Shown: piece by piece, positions 34,980 through 41,024 of the stretch
How the letters are laid out: every line of letters begins with the position of its first letter
Numbering within the stretch: the stretch's first letter is position 1
Translations under genes and position numbers: made by a program
Source: a virus
Lineage: Duplodnaviria; Caudoviricetes
IMG/VR virus record: IMGVR_UViG_3300032246_001520
Span: 1 to 41,024 of that record
Direction: 5' to 3' (one strand)
Length of the DNA stretch: 41,024 nt
The notes under the pieces: generated by a model
Databases searched by the model: none
Told to the model about the DNA's origin: nothing
What the model saw: the letters and a program-made list of their open reading frames with translations, nothing else

Positions 34980-37124
34980 TTACTTGACCAGACTAAACCT
35001 TTCAAAAGCATTTGCACCGTAGTCGGGAGCTTCGTAATCAAAACCAAATCTTTTTTGCCATAACGGGCCAAGCGCTTTATGTAGCTGGTTTAAACGAGGA
35101 TCGCTTGCCAACTGACGCGCTGTTTCTCGGTTGATTTTAGCTTGAATCTCGCCAGTCATTGGCGCTAATGGGTCTATCTTTAATGCTTTAAGAACGTTAT
35201 CTCTAATCTTGTTTTCACGGTTTTCAATTGTCTTTTCTAGGGCTGCATGGGTTTGCTCTTCCAGTTTTTCTTTACCAAGCAAATCTGCCGCTCCATAGCG
35301 ACTCTTCATTAAATCTTGTTGGGCGCGTCGGTCTTCACCCATTTCCTTATAACGCTGGGCTGTAATAGCCCCTTTCATCAAAGCTGCCTCTTCTGCGGCA
35401 CGTTGTTTAGCAGATGCACCATAATGAGCAACACCCATAGACCCACCCTGACCGATATTAGCCAGTGCGTTAGGTGATGTACCTGACATCATTCCAAGAC
35501 CTGCCTGCAAAAGCGCCATGTATTTGTCTTCTTGCTTTTGCTTCTTAAGGTCTTCCCGACCTTGCCTGAAATAATCCATAAACTCATCGTAAGATGTGCG
35601 AGCAGGCGCGGTAGGTTGAGTTTCGGTCGGTGCTGTCTTTTTCTCGGTTAAGTCGAGCGTTTTAACTTCGCTAGGCTGCACTGTGTTTTCTTTATTTGCC
35701 GGTTCAATAAAACTACCAGACCCAGCAATACCCCTATTAAACTCTTCTTGCTGTGGTGTAACAATACCCCTTCCACTTTCATCCTCAAGCAATGGACTGT
35801 ATGGAATATTTAACTCAGTAAGGTTTACGTTTTGTTCTGGGATAAAGCTTCTTTTCGCTGGAACCAAAGCCGGTGGAGCGGCGTTTGATGCCCCTCTCTG
35901 GCGACGAGTTACCAATGCCGCACCGGCGGGTGTTTCAAACTTAGAGAACGGAACATCTTCCACCCTTGGTGTCATTGCCATACTAGTGTTGCTGTACCCG
36001 GCATAAGGCTGAGCACCACCCAGATGATCCCTCATCCATTGCTGAAAAGCATTGGGATTGTCGATTTTTAATCTCTCAAGATCTTCTGGACTCATTGTGC
36101 TGCCAGCAAGCGGGTCATCAATCGGATATGAGGTGGCAACATCGTTTACACCACCTTTATAAAAATGAGCAATACTACCACCAGCTAAATTAGTGATTCC
36201 GCCTTCAGCCATATTGGCTACATGGATAGCCCTAAGTTTATTGCCATATGCGGGGTCGGTTGCATAGCCCGTTTTGCCCTGCATAGCAATTGCTTGTTCT
36301 GGACTTTCAGCGCCAAGCACTCCTTCGTAACGCTTATTGCCCTGCAAGAAACGAAGATAATCTGAAACAGAATCACCCATGCCACCATAGGTTCTGAAGC
36401 TTTCATTGGCTTCGACCATTTTCCCGGTGGCTGGATCAAATTCTTGGGTGCGTTGTTTGTTATCGCCGCCTTTGATACCAAAGAAATTATTCCCGCCAGC
36501 CAAATGCTTGCCATAACCCGTTTCAAGGACTGACTGAGCCGCCCCCAAACGAGCAATTGCTTCTGGATTCTTTAGGCCGGCAGCTTCTGCTTTGTCTTTT
36601 AAGGTCGTGTAAACAGCCTTGTAAAATTCTTTGCCTTCGGGCAATACAGCTTTAATTCCCTCGCTAGTCGCACCTTCTTTAATTCCTTCTTTAGTGGGGC
36701 GAATACCATGCTCAACATTTGGTGTGCGATTAACAGGCATTGCTTCCAAGGAGGCTTCGAACATAGCACGATCAGAAGCTAGATTATTCTGATGCTCTGC
36801 CTCGTCTTGCTGTTCCATGTAATCTTCGTAGTCTTCATCATCATAAGCTCCACCTTCGGCAAACGCAACAATGCCGCCGTCGTTGTAGCCTTGCACGGGA
36901 AGATTGCTTGGAACTTGGTCAATCCCACTTGCGCGAGCCATAATCTCATCTGCAATAGGCGGCTCTTTGGGTGCCTGAGCCATTTGACGCTGTTGCTTCA
37001 TCTTGTCTTGAAGCATTGGAACGCCTATGTAAGCAGGAATAGAACCGCTCTGAATAGCTTGTTGAAGCTGTCTTACATCGAGCTTGTCAGCGTCAGCAAT
37101 TCGACCAAGTGTACTTGTAATCAT
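34980..37124 (-). CDS. Internal/ejected virion protein with GH73 (FlgJ-like) glucosaminidase domain
   Basis: AAQSVLETGYG...NNFFGIKG...FRTY...GYATDPAYGNKL. Confidence 0.85.
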   Translation of the reverse strand: MITSTLGRIADADKLDVRQLQQAIQSGSIPAYIGVPMLQDKMKQQRQMAQAPKEPPIADEIMARASGIDQVPSNLPVQGYNDGGIVAFAEGGAYDDEDYEDYMEQQDEAEHQNNLASDRAMFEASLEAMPVNRTPNVEHGIRPTKEGIKEGATSEGIKAVLPEGKEFYKAVYTTLKDKAEAAGLKNPEAIARLGAAQSVLETGYGKHLAGGNNFFGIKGGDNKQRTQEFDPATGKMVEANESFRTYGGMGDSVSDYLRFLQGNKRYEGVLGAESPEQAIAMQGKTGYATDPAYGNKLRAIHVANMAEGGITNLAGGSIAHFYKGGVNDVATSYPIDDPLAGSTMSPEDLERLKIDNPNAFQQWMRDHLGGAQPYAGYSNTSMAMTPRVEDVPFSKFETPAGAALVTRRQRGASNAAPPALVPAKRSFIPEQNVNLTELNIPYSPLLEDESGRGIVTPQQEEFNRGIAGSGSFIEPANKENTVQPSEVKTLDLTEKKTAPTETQPTAPARTSYDEFMDYFRQGREDLKKQKQEDKYMALLQAGLGMMSGTSPNALANIGQGGSMGVAHYGASAKQRAAEEAALMKGAITAQRYKEMGEDRRAQQDLMKSRYGAADLLGKEKLEEQTHAALEKTIENRENKIRDNVLKALKIDPLAPMTGEIQAKINRETARQLASDPRLNQLHKALGPLWQKRFGFDYEAPDYGANAFERFSLVK

Positions 37125-38569
37125 GATTTGTCCTTCATGGCGTTGTAAATGCCAAGTGTGTCTAATCCATCGCCTTCCCGCATTACCCCGCCGTCTTTGG
37201 CATTAGCCATTTTATACATACCATAGGCACCCATGCCAGCAGTTCCTAAGCCCGCCAATTGAGAAACCATACTAGGGTTTTGATACATAGATTGTGCGGT
37301 ATTTGATAATGGCAATCCTTGGTATATGCCCTGCATAAAGCTTAATTGCTTGTAAGGGTAATTTAACTGATCCAAGTACTGCTGATATGCGGTGTTTAAA
37401 CCTTGTTGCTGTAACTGTTGCTGTTGCTGCCCAGCCTGTAACATGGCTTGATTAGCCGCTTGTTCTTGACCAAACTGAGTTTGACCCAAAGCCCCAAGAG
37501 TTGATGCGGCAGTGCCTGTTGACCCAAGCCCTTGCAATCCATATTGACCTGCGCCGGTAGCGGCATTAACACCAGATATACCCAGCTGCGCACCTTGCAT
37601 TCCTTGTGCGGTTCCAGCTAATTGCCTATCAACACCTTGTAAACCAGTTTGTGCGCCTTGGATACCTGTGAGGTAGTTTTGATTGGCATTCTGAAGTCCA
37701 GCCAAACCAACATTTGCACCTTGCATACCAAGTTGTGCGGCAGCTTGCATGTTTTGGTTGGCGGTGTTGTAGGCTTGGTTATAAGCGTTACCAACTAATT
37801 GGTTTTGTGCCAACATTCGATTCTGCTGGTTTAAACCCTGCATTAACGCTTCGCGACTGCCACCAAAAGCACCCTTACTTGTAGCCGCTCCTTGCTCAGC
37901 TGCGCCCTGCATACCATATTGTTGATTAAGAAGCTGTTGCGCAGGCGCTAAGCTTGCTTGTAAATATGGGTTCATATAAGCTTGAACCGCAGCAGGATTG
38001 GTTGCGTTTTGTCCGTAAGCCAAGCCTTGTTGCATACCCAATATGCCAGTGCCAATGTTTTGCCCGGCTAATCCTGCGCCTTGAGAACCGTACCCGGCAC
38101 CCATTGAACCGTAACGACCACCGCCCTCAATACCTAATTGCTGCCCCTGCAAACCAGATTGCTGACCTTGAGCACCATATCCCAAAGCAGCATTTTGAAG
38201 TGCGATTGAATTGTTATAGGCATTAAGACCACCCTGACCTACTTCAGATGCTAGGTTAGATGCTTCGGAAAGTTGAGGTGCTATTTGTTGACCAGCAATA
38301 TTTTGGAAAGCTTGCGTTTGCATTGGGGTAAACCCTGCAAGTTGCTGTCCTTGATATGGCGTATAGGGATTCTTGTTTACATCGGTCAGCGCTTGGGCTT
38401 GACCCAATGTGCTTTCCACATATGGCTGCGCATATGCTGGGATGCTTACTTGATTGACGGTGGATTGAGTAGGTGTAGAGTTACTACCTCCACCTTGGGG
38501 CTTAATGCTGCCGTTAGGTAGTCGTTTAAACGCTTCTTCAGGAAGCATGTCAAAATGGTTGTATTTCAT
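37121..38569 (-). CDS. Putative DNA ejection/pilot protein
   Basis: Gly/Gln/Ala-rich; GGG near N-terminus, PYQGQQLA, YMNPY, GAFGGSR; hydrophobic C-terminal segment. Confidence 0.7.
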   Translation of the reverse strand: MKYNHFDMLPEEAFKRLPNGSIKPQGGGSNSTPTQSTVNQVSIPAYAQPYVESTLGQAQALTDVNKNPYTPYQGQQLAGFTPMQTQAFQNIAGQQIAPQLSEASNLASEVGQGGLNAYNNSIALQNAALGYGAQGQQSGLQGQQLGIEGGGRYGSMGAGYGSQGAGLAGQNIGTGILGMQQGLAYGQNATNPAAVQAYMNPYLQASLAPAQQLLNQQYGMQGAAEQGAATSKGAFGGSREALMQGLNQQNRMLAQNQLVGNAYNQAYNTANQNMQAAAQLGMQGANVGLAGLQNANQNYLTGIQGAQTGLQGVDRQLAGTAQGMQGAQLGISGVNAATGAGQYGLQGLGSTGTAASTLGALGQTQFGQEQAANQAMLQAGQQQQQLQQQGLNTAYQQYLDQLNYPYKQLSFMQGIYQGLPLSNTAQSMYQNPSMVSQLAGLGTAGMGAYGMYKMANAKDGGVMREGDGLDTLGIYNAMKDKS

Positions 38570-38979
38570 ATCTGCACCCCAACAATCCGGTATTTATCTG
38601 TGAATCCAAAACGAGTCCACAGACGGGCAACGGCATCATTTACCGCACCTTCTATGGCTGTAGCGCCAAAACTCTTTAATATGGCGCACATCTGCTGAAA
38701 CGTACCGGGGTTAGTAATTAAACGACCGCCGATGTAAGTAATAAAAGCTACCCGATGATTTGGGCGGTTTGAGAAATTAACGGTGGCTGCACCTTTAACG
38801 TCTCTGTCTTCATTCGAAGCAACCAGCAAAAGCCATTGCCCTGTAGTAACTAAGGTGCGAACCTGATCAATGGTGTAATCCGATTCACCTTCCTGCTGAT
38901 CAATCGCGGCGTTGATAAAGCCTTCGACCTGAGACCATACTTGATTTACAAATTCAACAGGAACGTGCTGGACGTTCAT
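38566..38979 (-). CDS. Putative GNAT-fold virion assembly protein
   Basis: 137 aa; AFITYIGG...GA..IEG...VARLW.RFGF; sits between internal protein genes. Confidence 0.5.
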   Translation of the reverse strand: MNVQHVPVEFVNQVWSQVEGFINAAIDQQEGESDYTIDQVRTLVTTGQWLLLVASNEDRDVKGAATVNFSNRPNHRVAFITYIGGRLITNPGTFQQMCAILKSFGATAIEGAVNDAVARLWTRFGFTDKYRIVGVQI

Positions 38980-40463
38980 GCTGGTAAATATTGATCTGAG
39001 CGAGAATTAACCGCCACATTATCTTTGCCAATTGTTTTTTTACGGTTTGCTTGGATTCTGTCCATCATCGCATATAACCGTTTCGCGCCAGCGTCGGTAG
39101 ATCCATTTCCCAGTTCAGAAACAATACGAGCAGGAACCACAAACTCACCATCAGCAAGGCGAGCAGGCTGTTTATGACCAATTTGCGCAGGAATATCATC
39201 ACTCACTCCATCACCGGGGCCTTTCAACAAACGCCCGCCATCTGAATAGCTACCAAGATTATATTGATTGCCCATTACCCCACCATTGGCGGCTTGGGTT
39301 GGATTGTAGTTTTTGGAAGGATTCATTGTGTTCCAGTCGCGCATCACCTGATACATACTGTTTTGAGTTGGGTCGTATGTTTTTTGCACTAAATCAGGCA
39401 ATCCCGAAGGAACATCTGTTCCGTACATCTGGCGATAGGCTTGCCCAATATTTTGAGCATTAATATCAGAGCCGTTATAGTTTTTCAACGACCCAATTCC
39501 GGGCGCTGTGGTCAAAGCAGGATTGACAGGCACCAGAGGAACTGCTCGCGGTGTAAACGCCGCAGGAGCTGAATTGGCAATATATTCCTGATGCGCTCGT
39601 TGTGCCAGCATATTGTTGTAATCAATAACATCTTGGCTTGGTTTGCGATCAGGTGCTGTGTACGTAGTTGCACCTGTTGCGGGCAATGTGTCACCGCCTT
39701 CAGCCATACGCACAACCTCTTGACCCGTCATGGGGTTGGTTTTTGCGTCGTAATCGGCGTCAACCACTTGTGCGCTAGTGGGTAGTTGGGATGGCGTTGC
39801 GTATTGAGTGTGATCCATCTGCGACATTGGGTACATAGGATTTTGACCTAAGTTGCCGCCATTAGCTAACCCTGCAATGCCACCATCCGCTAGTTTTTGA
39901 ATAGAACCCGGAGTATATGACTGATTAAAATAAGGACTTCCTGAACCTGTGTAACCGGGGTTCATGTTTTGATTGTATGTGTATGGTCGGATGGAGCCTT
40001 GATCTATTTGCTGTTGCGTCTGCCCAGACGGAGCCATACCACCTGCTAAAGCCGATGCGCCTAATTGAAACTTATGCTCACCCAAGTACTTCATTGGGTC
40101 TTCTTTTAACGCATCAAAACCCGGTGCGACACTTTGATTAACAGGTGTTTGCATTAATTGATTTGCTTGGAGCGTATCCAATCCACCTTGAGTAACAGGA
40201 GTGGCTGCACCAATTGAGCCTTCCGTCATTCCGGGCAAGCCAGCCTCAAAAGCATTTACAGAATTAGCTGCAATCCCCGCATCGCTTAACCCACCAGCAA
40301 GCGCACTGGTTCCAGCTCCTGCACCAGCCAATGATCCAATGCCGCCAGTGACTGCTCCGGTTACGCCACCCAGCAAAGCACCCTGAAGAATATCTTTATG
40401 CTGCAAAGCAGCAGAGCCAGCACCGACTGCCGCACCAAGAGCCAAACCCATCATAATAGGCAT
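38976..40463 (-). CDS. Putative internal/ejected virion protein
   Basis: Gly-zipper hydrophobic N-terminus; C-terminal GPGDGVSDDIPA...ARLADGEFVVPA motif of the kind also seen in tape-measure proteins. Confidence 0.72.
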   Translation of the reverse strand: MPIMMGLALGAAVGAGSAALQHKDILQGALLGGVTGAVTGGIGSLAGAGAGTSALAGGLSDAGIAANSVNAFEAGLPGMTEGSIGAATPVTQGGLDTLQANQLMQTPVNQSVAPGFDALKEDPMKYLGEHKFQLGASALAGGMAPSGQTQQQIDQGSIRPYTYNQNMNPGYTGSGSPYFNQSYTPGSIQKLADGGIAGLANGGNLGQNPMYPMSQMDHTQYATPSQLPTSAQVVDADYDAKTNPMTGQEVVRMAEGGDTLPATGATTYTAPDRKPSQDVIDYNNMLAQRAHQEYIANSAPAAFTPRAVPLVPVNPALTTAPGIGSLKNYNGSDINAQNIGQAYRQMYGTDVPSGLPDLVQKTYDPTQNSMYQVMRDWNTMNPSKNYNPTQAANGGVMGNQYNLGSYSDGGRLLKGPGDGVSDDIPAQIGHKQPARLADGEFVVPARIVSELGNGSTDAGAKRLYAMMDRIQANRKKTIGKDNVAVNSRSDQYLPA

Positions 40464-40465
40464 AA

Positions 40466-40825
40466 TTAAGCCCCTTCCATTATTTCGGGCGACTCAAGTC
40501 CAGTGCCCCTTAGGTTGTGTAAACAGCAAAAAACTACATCATCTGTCAGTGCTTTAAACGAATGTTGCTTTCCGGCTGAAACCTTAATAATTGCTGGGGC
40601 TGTGTAAACGCCCATTAATTCCCCGTTCTGCCAGCTTTCTACTTTGCCCCGCGAAACTATCGTAATATGATCGTGCGTGTGAACATGTTGGGCAGCAATG
40701 CTTTCAGCTTTTTTCATAGAATAAGCCCTGACCCAGATGTCATCAACTTCCGCGAATTCAATGTATTCGTGGTCAACAGGGACGTACTTCGGGTCTTGTT
40801 TTAGGGCTTCAATATCCATGAGCAC
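40466..40825 (-). CDS. Cupin-fold protein
   Basis: QHVHTHDH...RGKV...AGKQHSFKAL...CLH; start may be 40819 after the GAGG RBS. Confidence 0.75.
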   Translation of the reverse strand: MLMDIEALKQDPKYVPVDHEYIEFAEVDDIWVRAYSMKKAESIAAQHVHTHDHITIVSRGKVESWQNGELMGVYTAPAIIKVSAGKQHSFKALTDDVVFCCLHNLRGTGLESPEIMEGA

Positions 40826-40852
40826 CTCGTTTAAACGGTTTTTCCAATATTA

Positions 40853-41023
40853 TCATGGGTATAGCGCTGATACAAAGGTTGATGTTAAGATAATTGATGA
40901 AGACGCAGGGCGTACTGGGGCTGTTCCGGGTGGGTATGTTGCGCACACCGTATTACCTGTGTCAGAAGCAACCAAAAGTTGTATGTAATCCCCAGCGTTC
41001 AACGGCAAAACGATATTCCAAGA
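40853..41023 (-). CDS. C-terminus of a putative tail fibre/spike protein (C1q/TNF-like)
   Basis: Not in track; runs in from the window edge: SWNIVLPLNAGDYIQLLVASD...P..PASSSIILT.TFVSALYP then stop. Confidence 0.6.
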   Translation of the reverse strand, partial: SWNIVLPLNAGDYIQLLVASDTGNTVCATYPPGTAPVRPASSSIILTSTFVSALYP

Positions 41024-41024
41024 A

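Larger units (their letters stand above)
1..41024. mobile_element. Tailed dsDNA bacteriophage genome segment (podovirus-like architecture); no host genes seen
   Basis: TerS, TerL, portal, scaffold, major capsid, primase-helicase, ERF recombinase and large internal proteins in typical phage operons. No integrase, DNA polymerase or rRNA seen in the window. Confidence 0.97.

Noticed and set aside
1008-40988. Numerous antisense and alternate-frame ORFs in the track
   Set aside because: They lie within longer motif-bearing genes, lack RBSs and have shadow-ORF composition.
1-41024. Diversity-generating retroelement, intron/intein, alternative genetic code
   Set aside because: No reverse transcriptase or TR/VR pair seen; TerL, portal and primase are uninterrupted; genes are full length under the standard code.

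Overview
The whole 41 kb window is part of a tailed dsDNA phage genome, probably podovirus-like and probably infecting a betaproteobacterium (host is an inference). Both ends fall inside the minus-strand late/structural operon, so tail genes lie outside the window. 1-9.4 kb (minus): major capsid, scaffold, GroES, portal, TerL, a LexA-like DNA-binding protein and TerS. 9.4-10.35 kb: a control region with DnaA boxes, SOS-box-like sites and structured RNA elements. 10.1-15.6 kb (plus): early operon with a SprT-like protease, an AAA+ ATPase and a split CobT-like peptidase/vWA pair. 15.7-19.2 kb (minus): primase-helicase, HNH, RusA and a C4-like antisense RNA. 19.3-26.9 kb (plus): exonuclease/ERF/SSB recombination module, many small genes and a Ref-like nuclease. 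26.8-41 kb (minus): ejected/internal virion proteins, including a 2710-aa polyvalent protein and a glucosaminidase. Strongest unexplained signals: (1) an unannotated ~78-nt small RNA (about 18812-18890) whose seed is complementary to a GAGGCTTA/CAACTGGAG ribosome-binding signature shared by about 11 early/middle genes, suggesting a phage-wide anti-Shine-Dalgarno translational switch; (2) at least 41 copies of the palindrome GTTTAAAC where about 1 is expected; (3) several structured RNAs. All calls come from manual reading and motif recognition; no searches or folding programs were run.
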